A DNA stretch of 64,000 nt from Octopus bimaculoides (Eukaryota): contig NC_068981.1 of assembly GCF_001194135.2 (NCBI RefSeq), positions 162,967,888 to 163,031,887 of the forward strand, given 5' to 3'. The notes under the pieces were generated by a model, which was not told where the DNA came from, searched no databases, and saw nothing but the letters and a program-made list of their open reading frames with translations. Of the stretch, positions 51,451 to 64,000 are shown one piece after another. Position 1 is the first letter of the stretch. The number at the start of each line of letters is the position of its first letter. A program made the translations under genes and the position numbers.

Positions 51451-52154
51451 TATTATTCACTACAAGGAAGTTATAAGAGTAGGGTTGAAGGAGTAATTAC
51501 AAACTGGTATGAATGGCTTTGAACACACAAAACTGTGTTTAACAGCAGGCAATAAGAATACAAATTGTTGAGAGATGAATTCCTTTCTTTATCTTGGAAA
51601 TTTATGATATCTACAATAAAAATGATTTTCAGGTGGAAGAGAGAGATAAAAAGAAGTCCATAAAGATACAAAAAGTAAATATAGATTCTGTGGTTAATGG
51701 AATATTTCTATAGTTAGCCACTACTGGACAATTTACCTTGTAGGTATTATTATATTGTTTAATTCCAGATCATCTCTAATCAAGTCAATTTCTGATTATA
51801 GGAGATTGCAGTTTTCAAATGTAATTCATTGAGGACTATTTTATCTAATATATCATTTTGTTTTTAGCAGCAAGTTCTGGCTGCTACTTCTAGCATGTTG
51901 AGTGACCATGTAGAAACTCCATTGTTGGTTCAGTGTATATTCATATTATTGGATAAATATTAAAAATAATAAAATTGAAGAAATAACAGAATAATACAGT
52001 AAGGTGTAGTTTAGCAGGAACATTAAGATTTGTGCGAAATATACGGCTTTCTGTGAGACATTATTGATTGTTAAACAACTAAAATAGTCTATAGCTAACA
52101 AGGCCCTGTTTCCATTAGTGAGCAATATATCTTCTTGTTTTTCCTCTTCTAAAG

Positions 52155-52376
52155 TTGTATGCTACAATGGTGCTACAGAATAGCAGCTGCATCAGGTGTT
52201 GTCCATCTTCAATTCCACAAGCTACAACTTCAGAAAGCATGCTGTTTGCAAACATATTCTACCGTAAAGCAATGGTTGGCATGGTAGCTGCTATAGTTCT
52301 GTCAATTTGCCATATTGCAGAGTTGATAAATGTGGACTTCACTTTTATTATCATGTTAGCAAGCATCTTTAGCTGT
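52155..52376 (+). CDS. Weak candidate plus-strand exon (74 hydrophobic codons)
   Basis: Acceptor tcttcttgtttttcctcttctaaag|, donor TGT|gtgagt, open phase 0-0. No recognisable family and could be chance. Confidence 0.2.
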
Positions 52377-55079
52377 GTGAGTGAACAAACTGTATAAAAA
52401 TTTACAACAGCAACTGCAGTGTTTGTAGTAGCAACAGCATTACAGTTGGACAGAAATGAGACATCGAAAACGTGAAGAACTGAAGCCAGTCAATTTAGAA
52501 AAGGGGGGGGGGGAATACCAATTGCACACATATTTACACATACACACAAAATGCAGCCAGCTACAAATTTTTTGCTAGATCTGAAAGAATAACTGATGAA
52601 GGAAATTTATGGTTCAGTTGCACAGCTAAACCCTGATAGTCATTAAATTTGGTTCAAGTTCTGAGTGGTTTAATTAGACAGTCAAATAATGCTTCATCAG
52701 TAAAGATATTAGGGAAATGATAATGATTGAAGAACTTCCAAGAACTAAAGATTGTAAAACAGCAAAGTTCTTTGTTAGTGAAAATAATACGAGCAAAAAA
52801 AACCCTAAATAACTAGCAATTAACTGATGCCAACAAAGGTACTTTTATTTTTTAAGAAGATTATTTATCAGAAGAGCTGATTTGCTTAAAAACTGGCAAA
52901 GATGTATTTTAATCAAGTAAAGATAGCACATAATTTGAAACTGTTATTTAATGAGTCAATCTTAAAATGTTCACTTCCAACAGTCATTATAAGAAACTTC
53001 ACAAAAAAATTTGAAACAAGTACCTTGAAACTAAAGTAATAAATAAAACTTTAGCGTCAAATTTTAGGAGAGTTGTAGACTTGGTATTATAGAATTGTAT
53101 AATAATACATTTAGTTTTGATGAAAATGTTTGCATAATACAATTTAGATTCTTTTATTATATTGCTATTAGTATTATGAATTCTTTCGCTGTATTTCCAT
53201 GTTTCTTAGGCTTTTCTGTTTTTAGTTAAATCAGCAGATTATGTTAGTTCATAAAAGGAAACAAGAGGGTACATTCACTTTAGTTTTAATGCAGTTGTTT
53301 GAAATAAAGGAACAGGGGACTGAAAACAATTTGGGAAGATTTTGTAGAAAAATATTATGTTTTTTAATAAATAAAAACTATTTGATTAATTTTATTTTTT
53401 GATAATATTATGGTGCAAATTCTGATAATACATTATCTCACATTTTCTCAAGAGAATTATCTGATATCTAAGAAACTACAATGAAATTTCGAACAGAAAA
53501 GAATATGGGAATGACGGACGAAGGCAAGTCGGGCAAAATATCACATAAAATATTTCATGTAACCAGACTCTAATGTGGTTAGAATGGCAAGAAAACGGTT
53601 CCTGAATACCTAAAACCAAAAAACAACAACAGATCATGTTAGGGTGACTTCTAAAAGATTTTGGACAGAAACTGTTTTCTGTTCAATATTGCAAAAATTC
53701 AAATCTGCAGACCAGTTCAAACTCTTACATAAGAATACATAAACATAAAAGAGAAAAATAATTTGTTGAATTACTTGGAAATGTCCAATACATTGAACTA
53801 ATATGAACTAAATTAACTGAATTCAAGTACCACAAATTTTTAAGAGAACAGCATTAATTCTTGCAAACTTCTCTTTGAACAGAACGATTTGTTGCTGCAT
53901 AAGAAGCATAAGACTACGTACAATGTAATGGTTTTGGCATAGCTTAGTACTTTTTGTTAAAACAGCTAATGGCAAGAAAGAAGCAAGTCAAATTTGATGA
54001 TAAAAAAATAAATTTCTGTCAATACAACGTAAATGGAAACACACAGAGAATTAATCTACAAGGGAGTGAAAGTTATTATAAAAAATAAGTAAAGATACTA
54101 TCAAGAATTCAAGCATAAAATGGAATGATCATAAATCATTTAAGATATATGAAATATCACATAAAATACTCCTTTAAAAAGTATATTACATTAGACTTAT
54201 AAACCCCGCATCTCTCTATCTCTCTACATACATACAAGCATACACACACACACACACACACACATATATATGAACATATAAATACATGTGTGTGTGTGTG
54301 TGTGTAAATGTGTATGCATATATATATATTTCTGAATGTATGTAAAAGAGAGAGGGAGAGAGCAAAGTTTGATGACAGAATTAATACAACATTGACAGCA
54401 TAGTGCTACTTTAGAATAATACGTAAAGTAGCAGGAGCATTTCAAGTAATTCTTTGAAATGCTCCTGAAATGATTTATAATAAATAATATATAATTAGTA
54501 TATTTAGCGGGTAGAAAAAAAAATTAATTTGAATAATTTCTAATTTGCAATCTGAGTAGCAGCAGCAGCAATAATGATAGCATCAAGTTAATAAAGGAAC
54601 CTGTACATGGTGACTTGACCTGCTAAAAAACAGCAGCCAAGTCTCCCTCAAATCATACTCTACTACCTTAAGAAGAGAACACTCATGCATGAGTAGATAC
54701 TCATGAAAAGAATGGGAGAATCTAAGCTGGAATGCCTTTTTGAATCATAAGCCTGCTCAATGAAGCTTGGCCAAAGCTGAACAACAACTGCTGTAGTAAC
54801 TATTTATTTGTTATTCTGATTCTTGTTTCACTATTAAATTGGCAATTAACATTAATGATAGGAATGAATTTTTGTAGTAAGAGCTTTAAAAAACTCTTCA
54901 AACAAATCTTGAATTCCAAACTGGACACCACTTTGTAGAGAAAAACTGAATACTATCTGTGCATAAAATGTATTTAACTAACTTCAAAGTTTTATGGAAT
55001 TGTTAAAAAAAAAATGAAAGCAATTAAAAAAATAAATAAAAGATTGGTTAGGTAAAAATAGAAACTAATATTGATTTTA

Positions 55080-55520
55080 TTCATTGGTACAAAAGTCAGA
55101 ACTGGCAAAGATCAAGCAGACATTATCCACAAGTCACAGAGACACCGTTTCTTCTCTTTCTGTCTTCTATAGTTACTATAGTGACCACCACTCCTCTGAA
55201 CTAGGTAGTTGCATACCCTGTTATCACCTCAAAGTTGCTACAAATGCTGAAACCCATAATCTTGTCAAACCTACATCATAAAGACAAGGATTTATTTCTA
55301 GAGCCAAAATCAGATACTGATCCTCCAAAAAAATACAAGTAAAATCCACATTGGAGTACAGCGCACATCTAGAATATATTGCTGTTTGCTGCTATACATG
55401 CACATATCCTAGCATGAGAAAATGAAAAGGTTATTCAACTAATTAGAAAAAATTCAGTCAACTTCAGGCTTCTGCTGTCTCACAAACATGCTGTTTCTTT
55501 TCTCTGCTCCATTCATTGAG
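55080..55520 (+). mobile_element. Decayed LINE RT-tail fragments (CR1/Jockey-type), apparently two pieces
   Basis: SHRDTVSSLSVFYSYYSDHHSSEL matches HRRxVASLSLFYRYYxGxCSSEL. Downstream KSTLEYSAHI, LEKIQ and LSHKHAVS represent the region that normally precedes it. Confidence 0.6.
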
Positions 55521-58500
55521 ATCTTTTTTGTTAACTTTCTTATAACCCATGATACATTTTTGTGAATGTGTAAAATAGAAATTAAGAAAAAAAAAAAAGA
55601 ATCCCTAAAAACTGTTAAAAGTAAAAGAGAGTGAACAAACATTGCAGATTATTCAAACATAAACACACAAATATAGGGTTAAGAAGTTACTTCACAACCA
55701 CATGAGCTATCTTATGGAATTTGGTAGACAAAGTTGTTTGGAAGCTCATCATGAGTGGGTGTCTTTTATTGTTGTATATCTTAAAGATGTAACCATCAAC
55801 TAGAAAACTACACATGTATATATGTATGTATATGTGTGAGTGTGTATGCACATGTGTTTATGTATGTGTGTAACTAGAAACACCTTAGTTCTTTTCAGAA
55901 GGTTTTAATATTGTGTCTGCACCAAAGTACACAGTGATTCCCTTATCATGCATACACACTATTGCAAGTGCAGTAAATAAGTGTTTGACCAATTGGAAAC
56001 CTGAAGCCAATGATGCTTTTGTTCATCAATTGTGATAATAAATGATAAATGACAACTACTAAATCCATGTCTTTTGTTTTATTCTCTCCTCATGAAATTC
56101 CTATTTACAAGTAAATACAAAGGTGTCGAAAAATTATAAAGTTCTTGCAAAGAGGAAACAATACTTTAAAGATCCACCTCTTGTTCTCTCTTTCATACAG
56201 ACATACAACACAAAAGTACCCCCCCACCAAAAAAAAAAAAAAAAATCTGGTTTCACACTGAAAACCCCCAAAAAGAAACAAATTTATTAATAAAAAAAAA
56301 CAAAAAAAAAACTGGAGATCGATAATGTTCATAGGCAGATAAAAGTATTTTAAGATGTGTGAGTGTGTATTAATTTAGTAGCAGATAAATAATAAAGCTG
56401 CCTATTCACAATAACATTTCTAACTAGAAACTGAAGAGTCATTTTCAAGTCATAATATCAATGAAAGATATTTTTATCCTCCTTTGAAAATGTAGCAACC
56501 ATTCTAAAAATAAAACTGGCCATCTTAAAAGCTAGCTTGTTACACACAAATGGTCCAGGGATTTTATTATTATTATTACTACTACTTTTTATATTTATAT
56601 TTTTTTTTTTTTGCAAGAAATATATTACAACTAACTGAATGGTTCATTTTCCATTGTAACTGGCCAAGACCAACACATCTCTCTCTCCTGCTTCCTTTGT
56701 AAAGTCTTTCTGGCTGTCCGTCTGTTTCTATTATTCAAACCAGTCACAAAGGCAGCATTGCTGAGCATTCTAATTCCCGAGAAAATATTCTTTCAAAAGA
56801 GAATGCATATTATTTAATTAAATTTTTTTTATAAAGCGGATACAGGGAGAGGGTGTGTTCAAATGTATCTCTGGATTATTCATACAACATTCCTGGCAAT
56901 AAAAGCCATAATTCTCTTGAAATCTACCTTCTGTTTTGGTATTTGAGTAGAAGCAATAACAAAAGACAAAAGTTTTGGTTAGCCATTATTTGAATATGAA
57001 GAATTGCAAGTGAAGTATTAAAACCTTCACAACGAACATGTATGATATATGAATAAACTGACTTGTTTTGTTTTTCAACTAGAGAGAACATCATTTAGAA
57101 AAGCTTGTGGTTTAAGAAAAAAATCTACTTGCAATTACATAATTCTGGGTCCAATTCTACTATGCAGCACCTTGGAAAAGTTTCTTTATTAAAGCCTCTA
57201 GCTGGGAAAAACCTTGCGAGTGAAAGTGGATAGATGGAATCTGTACAGAGACCCAGTGGATGTTAAACTGTGCATCTTCTTGTTTCACCAAACTTAACGT
57301 CACACTTGGCTCTTGAGTAGATTTAGCAAAGCACATACTGAAGCTACGAGTATTTGGACCAGGTTTTCTGCTTGAGAACAATGTAGAAGTTGTAGTCTCA
57401 TTCTGCACCTTCTCCTAACCGTTCTTAGAGGGCCTGCAAAACATCATGGGCTGATCTTCCACTGCTAAAGTGACCAGCTGGAAAGTCATTCTACCAGACA
57501 TATGTGAGTGTGTGTGTGAGCGCACATGGGTATAGTCGTGTCATTAAGTGTATGTGAGGGTGTTGTTTATTGGCTAGTTGTTGTAGAAGACATAGTATAA
57601 TTGACTCAACTCACCCTAGAAATATTCTCAATGTATTCTTTATTGATACTGCTTCTCACAAGTTAAAAACAAACATGAAACATGTAAGACTTGAGTTCAG
57701 AATTCAGATGGAGAAAATTAAATACAACTTCAGGCATTTTGTAGGAATAGGAAAATGTGAGAATAATCTAATACTTTTTTATTTCTGCAGAATTACAGAA
57801 AGGGATTTATTTATACTGCAATATGTATTTTGCATATACAATTTGTGACCAATTTACTGGTCCAAATTTTCAGACTAACTATTCTGTGATATCAGCTTTT
57901 AAGGATTTTAGTCATTTATATTGACTTTACTTAATCTAGTGATTATCAATTTGTTTACCAAATGGTTAAGGCAGTGTTTATTGGTGTAAAGAGATACACC
58001 GTTTTATACACATACACAAACACACATAATATATGGTTCAAAAATCAAATAAACACAAAGACGAGGTGAAAACAATAAACAGAGTGTATTGAGCTTATGC
58101 TTAGGAAAACTGGAAGAAGTCTTTAACATTTCAAACCTATGCTCTTCTACAAAAAGGATAGAATGACAAAAGAAGAAAGATGGACAGAAAATAAACAAAA
58201 CAAATATGTTTGAATTAAATGGTCACTGCATGTGTGCATATGCACACACAACAGGCTTCTACACAATATCTATCTTGTAAGTTTTAATTCATAAGGTATA
58301 CCATATTGGTCAACTTCATGCTATGGTATAAGACACCCAAACTGATGTACATAACAGCATTGATCCTGGAACCAAGTGGCTGCAAAGTAAACTTCTTCGC
58401 TATGTGCACCCATTATGTGTTATGTGTCAGATAAAATAATCATTCGAACATAGTGAGTGATTATAGTTTGAGGAGTGGCTGGCTTGTAAAATCAAAATGT

Positions 58501-58725
58501 TTATGGTCTAAATCTCTCTCCCTCTCTCTCTTTCTTTCTCTCTGAATTGCACTATGCAGCAAACAACTGCAGTCAGCAGCAGAAGCAAAGAAGATGTGTA
58601 GCATTTGGCATTTTTCATTTTCATATGCATGAAGAGATGATTAGATCTGAAAGTGAGTCATGATCATTTATTAGGTGTTGAAAGGCAAAACACTTTCTCT
58701 CTCTCTCTCTCTTTTTTTTTCCCAG

Positions 58726-58906
58726 CCTTTCTTCTGTTGAGCAACCATCATCACAACCATCACCACCATTTGCTGCTGATTATAATCTGATTCATCAGTT
58801 GAAAACAGAAACTCACAGAGCCATCTTGAAAGAAGAGATTGACCCTTTTGATCCCCACCACCACTACCATCCTTCTCCTCCTCATCATCATCAGCAACAG
58901 CAGTAA
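58726..58906 (+). CDS. Candidate plus-strand terminal exon
   Basis: (CT)n(T)n-cccag| acceptor, then 59 open codons plus TAA: LSSVEQPSSQPSPPFAADYNLIHQLKTETHRAILKEEIDPFDPHHHYHPSPPHHHQQQQ*. The flanking parts are trinucleotide repeats, and no matching upstream exon was found. Confidence 0.3.
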
Positions 58907-59022
58907 CATACACATGACTCTGAACGTTATTGAAAGGTATCATCTAAAAAGTAGCCTAGATGCTTTAAAGTTCTTATATTTGTAATAGATATCTAAATAT
59001 GGCAATGAGGATGAACACACGG

Positions 59023-59053
<31 letters not shown>

Positions 59054-60283
59054 AATAAAGAAAGGAAACTAGGAGAGAAATGCCAAGGAGAAAGCAACTG
59101 TTAAGAAGACTGTATCTTCTTGTAGATGTTGTTTAGTTCCAGGTATTCCTGTGTAGACCAATGACAAAAGCATTCCAGCCATGACTGTCCAGTTTATTTC
59201 CAGAAAGTGTCACCAAAAGTATTAATAAAAATTGTGTCTTTTTTGTTTTGATACAATGTACGGTCTGAGGAAAATTTGGCAACTATTTCTAGCAGGTCAA
59301 ATGACCACATAGAGGCTACCATGTTGCTTTTAAGTGTATGCTAGTGGAGTGCTTGTGTGAGTGAGCATGTGAGAATACGTTCTTGTAGTTTTTAAATAAC
59401 ATTAAAAATAAAATCTCTGAAGTGACTGGAACAATTCTGTGTAGAAGGCATACATCTGAATATGAAAGTATTTGAAGAAACATAGGATATAGACAGACAC
59501 AGACTGATTCCTATCCTTATTTTATCTTGGTCAAATACCTTCTGATAAAAGAGGCTGCTTTCTTCCAGTGTTTTTTTTTTTTTACCTGCCTCTTAAGAAA
59601 ATTTCCAAATTATTAATTAACTAACACAAGGAAAAATATTTTTTTTATGTTCTGAAGATTTAGTAACAAAATAAATATGTAAGGAAAAACAAACAAACAA
59701 ATTCTTGTATATCCTCAATATTGCAATTTTTAGGTGCATAAGATGAATGCACTTGAAGAAGAAAAATGATTTAGCTGTCAATATTTCATCCACACTTCAA
59801 CAATTCCACAAACACATCCTTATTATTATGTGACTAACATAAAAGAGTGGTCATCATCAACAAAGACTGTTGAAGAATGGAGAAAAATCAAATAAAATGC
59901 TAAATGCACCCAAGAGTTTTTTTTTCTCTCCTTTATTATAATTTTCCTCTTTTCCTTTTTTTTTTGGAGGGGAAGGAGCAATATTATGGGTTCATATTAA
60001 GAAGAGGTTAAAACTTCAAAACAGGGACGTTTGTATTATATACATATATATTTGTGTAAAAAATATAACGCGGCAATAACATTTGTGTGTTTGTGTGTGT
60101 GTGGATGTTATACAGACATGCACACTCTCTAACTATTAGAATTAGAAACTTAGTTGTTTCCAGTTAAATGCATGTGTTTATAATATGACAGAGTGATTCT
60201 TGAAGTCCTAGTCACATTTACATTATCAACAATAGTAATAATATATATAATAAAATATATATATATATATATATATACACACA

Positions 60284-60334
<51 letters not shown>

Positions 60335-60368
60335 AATTTGCTTCAGCTCCATATGGGCACATGGGATG

Positions 60369-60423
60369 GACCCATCTCATCAGATATCAGAAAAGACTCT
60401 TCTGATATCTCATGAGATGGGTC
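60369..60423. other. Near-perfect inverted repeat (24-bp stem, 1 mismatch, 7-nt loop)
   Basis: GACCCATCTCATCAGATATCAGAA-aagactc-TTCTGATATCTCATGAGATGGGTC: 23/24 Watson-Crick pairs, C/C mismatch at 60381/60411. Confidence 0.95.
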
Positions 60424-61362
60424 TGAATCAAACTGTTATTAAAAATATATGTAACTCCTAACAAATGTGTTGGGTGCCTTTTCCTTTCATTTATCAACTC
60501 TCTCATTACACACACACTAGATTCAATAACATGAAGTAAAGAAGATATGAGTGAGAATAGATGGATAGACAGATAGATAAATAGATTGAGTGTAGGTAGG
60601 TAGAGAGGCAGAGATTTCAACTGAAACAAATGGAGTTCATTTTATTTTAGTATAAATTAGATTGAAGACATCTGGTTGAGTTGAAGGATTAATTTTCTAA
60701 TGTTAATCATGAAAAACAACAACAACAATAATTGGTAAGAATATACAAAGAAGGCAATAATGATAATGACGATGATGATAATGATGGTGATTAAAAGATA
60801 AATTGAAAAAAAATAATAAAAAACAAACAATAAAGATAGCAAAAAATATAACCAGTAATGATGATAAAAGTTTTAATCGGAGATTTCACATGATTGTCAA
60901 ATATTTAATACTTATTTAGTCGTATTCAATAGAAAAGTTTTACACAGAAAGGTGTTTCTCTTGAGATAGGCTCACCTATAGTACAGAATAGGATTGAAAA
61001 AAAAAAAAAAAAAAAAAAAAAACCAAATGGGGAAAAAAAGAACAAAAATAGGACAAAAGGTTTCAACAAAAATTAAATTAACAAGATGTTTACAAAATTT
61101 TAAAAAGAGTCAAAACAATGTATGTATAAAAATGAAATAAACAAACAAAACAAAACTAAAAGCAAGTGACATAGAACAACAAAAATATACATATGTATGT
61201 ATATATACACACACACACACACACACACATCAACACATAAATGTGTATATATGTGTGTGTGTGTTTGCTTGTGCATATACATATGTGTGTGAGTGAGTGA
61301 GTGAGTGTGTGTGTATACATATGCATACATACGTACTTGTTATGAGAATGTGAGTGTGCACA

Positions 61363-61429
<67 letters not shown>

Positions 61430-61976
61430 ATGTATACACACACACACACACATACATACATCACCACCACCATGCAAGAGAAAAGCATGGTGAAGAAGCA
61501 TTGAAATCATCAGATAGCTAGATCTAGATCTTCCAGAAACTGTAGAAGGATGGATTGGGCAGTAATACAAATACCAGCAGCAGCAATAGTGTTTTAAAGG
61601 TACCCCCCTCTCCCTACAGGTAACACAATCAAAGGGCACACATGACATGCAGTCATTCACATTCTTCCGATTCAGTCAGATATACAATGTACCACACCAC
61701 ACCACACCACACCACACAAGGCACCACTTCTTTTCTAAAAAAAGAATTTGAGAAGAATAGAGCAAACCTTTCAAGAAAGTGTACTTCGCTGTGTAACTTA
61801 AAATTACACACATACAGAGGTATATATGAATGGATTTCACATAAGTTTCGATGAATGAAAGTTACAGATCTTTGAGAGGTAAACAGTTTATTGTACTACA
61901 GTTTAATTGCTTGAGCATCCAACTGCCAATTGTACCCTTAACATAAATACCCAGGCACATTCACCCTGACTCAGTG

Positions 61977-62007
<31 letters not shown>

Positions 62008-64000
62008 GGTACAGTCTGTCATAGTTTAAGTGACAGGGCATTCCACAGACAACTGTATGCTTTGCAGTGTGTATGGCCCTTCAAATAACGGGTACAACTC
62101 ATTTAATAACACAGAGACCCTACATTGCTTCCAACCGACTCAATTTTACTTCCAAGGCTGTGCAGTGAGATCGAAACCTGAAACATTGTGATTGAGAAAT
62201 GAATGTGTTAACGGTTCAACCAAACAACCATACCATAGAGCTGTGCATGCATGCATGTGTGTGTGTGTGTCTGTGTGTACTTCTACTAACTCAAAGAGTA
62301 GAATTATTTCCTTCAGTTTATACTATGCAATGCTGTATAGAAACAAATGTCAATCAGCACTCGAATGAAGCATTTGATTATCTCTGACCATTCTCCCATC
62401 TGCCAACCAGTCCAATTCAACCCAGCCCAGCCTAGCTCAGACCAGCTCAGCAAACCAGGACATACCTGCCTCCTTGCCTCACAAGTCTAGCAATGCTTGT
62501 AATTAAATAATTGTCCAATAAAATTTGAAGGACTTAAAAATGTTTTGTTTTTCTTTTTAAATGTTATGAGTGGAAACAAATGAGAATATACAAATGATTG
62601 ATATTAATAATAATAATATTTGTGTTTTCCATGATTGTGAGTATGGGGAGAGCTTATAATACATCTGCAGCTAATTTCCCTTCCTACCTTCCAACAATGA
62701 AGTTGGCATGGCAGTGTGGGGGCACAAACAATCTGTTGCTAGATGGCCATCAACTGAGGCAAGCGATGTCAAATATGTTGTTCATAGGTACACCATATAA
62801 AGCATGTAAGGTCTCAAATGAAGGTTGGCTGCCACATTGTTAGAGGTCCAGCACTCACTTAGCTCTGCCGATTCCGTTACAGATTTCAAAGTAGACTGTG
62901 GGTTTTTATGTTTCATGCGTTTTTGCTGACCTTCAGTTCATGCAATGGATGTCAATGAACTGTACTATATATTTTTCACATTGATTGATACCAGGGATAC
63001 AAGTTCAAAATTTCTGAAAGAAGTGAGTGATCTAGGATGGATGTGGAAATATTCTTAAAAAATTTATATATATGTAAGATATGTATATATCCATACATAC
63101 CCCCGCACACATACATATCTCTCTCTCCACACACACACACACACACGCGCATTTTAATGTTTACTTTTCTATGCTTTCAGAATACATACACACACACATA
63201 TATATATGCTTGCATACATATACACACAAAAACACACAAATACAGACAACAGACATGTATGCACATACTCGAATCTATCCACACCTCTTTCCACACACAT
63301 GCATACATGTGCATGCATGTGTATACATGTACATATATGCATGTGTATACACACACACACACACACACATACACATAAAGATCAAATAAAATATTTGGAT
63401 GGAAGATATGTCTGGCATGTTTAGTATCTGATGAAATTCAATAGTTCTTTGGAAATAAATCCGCATTGAAAATTTAAAAATAAAAATCCAATGCATAATA
63501 GTTCATGGGATAAAAATATTTGAATTTGGAGAGAGAAAAAAAATGGAACAAAAAAAAAACTTTAAAAAAAACCCAAGAAAAAAAAAAACAGATCTTATCC
63601 TTCCAGCAGNNNNNNNNNNNNNNNNNNNNNNNNNNNNNNNNNNNNNNNNNNNNNNNNNNNNNNNNNNNNNNNNNNNNNNNNNNNNNNNNNNNNNNNNNNN
63701 NNNNNNNNNNNNNNNNNNNNNNNNNNNNNNNNNNNNNNNNNNNNNNNNNNNNNNNNNNNNNNNNNNNNNNNNNNNNNNNNNNNNNNNNNNNNNNNNNNNN
63801 NNNNCAAATGATTCTGTGAGTTAGTTGATTGTCCTCCGCATCAGTGAAATTCATAGAGAAGAGAAGTATCCAAGTCTTGCTTGTGACAATTTGTGGTTGG
63901 TTGCACCTTATTCCTTCCTCATTCTGTATTCTAAAAATACTTCTTTTCTCCAAAGTGTCCGTCCGTCCGTCTGCCTGTAGCCAAACAAAGTGCTAAAAAC

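Noticed and set aside
51738-51792. Minus-strand 55-nt exon-like segment (IDLIRDDLELNNIIIPT)
   Set aside because: Poor pyrimidine tract, and its phase does not connect to the 54-nt or terminal exon.
62415-62460. CCCAG/CTCAG pentamer run, and CACCA run at 61690-61715
   Set aside because: Too short to distinguish from ordinary simple repeats.

Overview
AT-rich, intron-like eukaryotic DNA from a draft assembly with 8 N-gaps, most flanked by microsatellites. The repeat families and microsatellite density point to an octopus or other coleoid cephalopod genome (inference from recalled repeat motifs, no search run). Most ORFs in the supplied track are microsatellite, gap or repeat artefacts. The best-supported host coding sequence is a minus-strand terminal exon at 40600-40824 (acidic tail ending PMKRAKI*). 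The track missed this frame, and I could not name the gene. A probable 54-nt in-frame exon lies upstream at 41593-41646. The remainder is mostly mobile DNA: RTE LINE pieces (one with an uninterrupted frame), CR1-group LINE pieces, many tRNA-derived and Nin-domain-like SINEs, RTE-tailed minisatellite elements, two internally deleted Tc1/mariner elements (one DD37D maT), small TTAA/CCC-ended MITE-like elements and a possible Helentron-associated element. The most notable oddities are a 24-bp near-perfect pre-miRNA-sized hairpin (60369-60423), an A-tail then B-tail SINE pair recurring in 4 separate clusters, a 12-nt complementary pair bracketing the 54-nt exon, and a possible opposite-strand exon at 58726-58906. 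I see no clear evidence of a complete novel system. All alignments and translations were done by eye, and most repeat boundaries are approximate.
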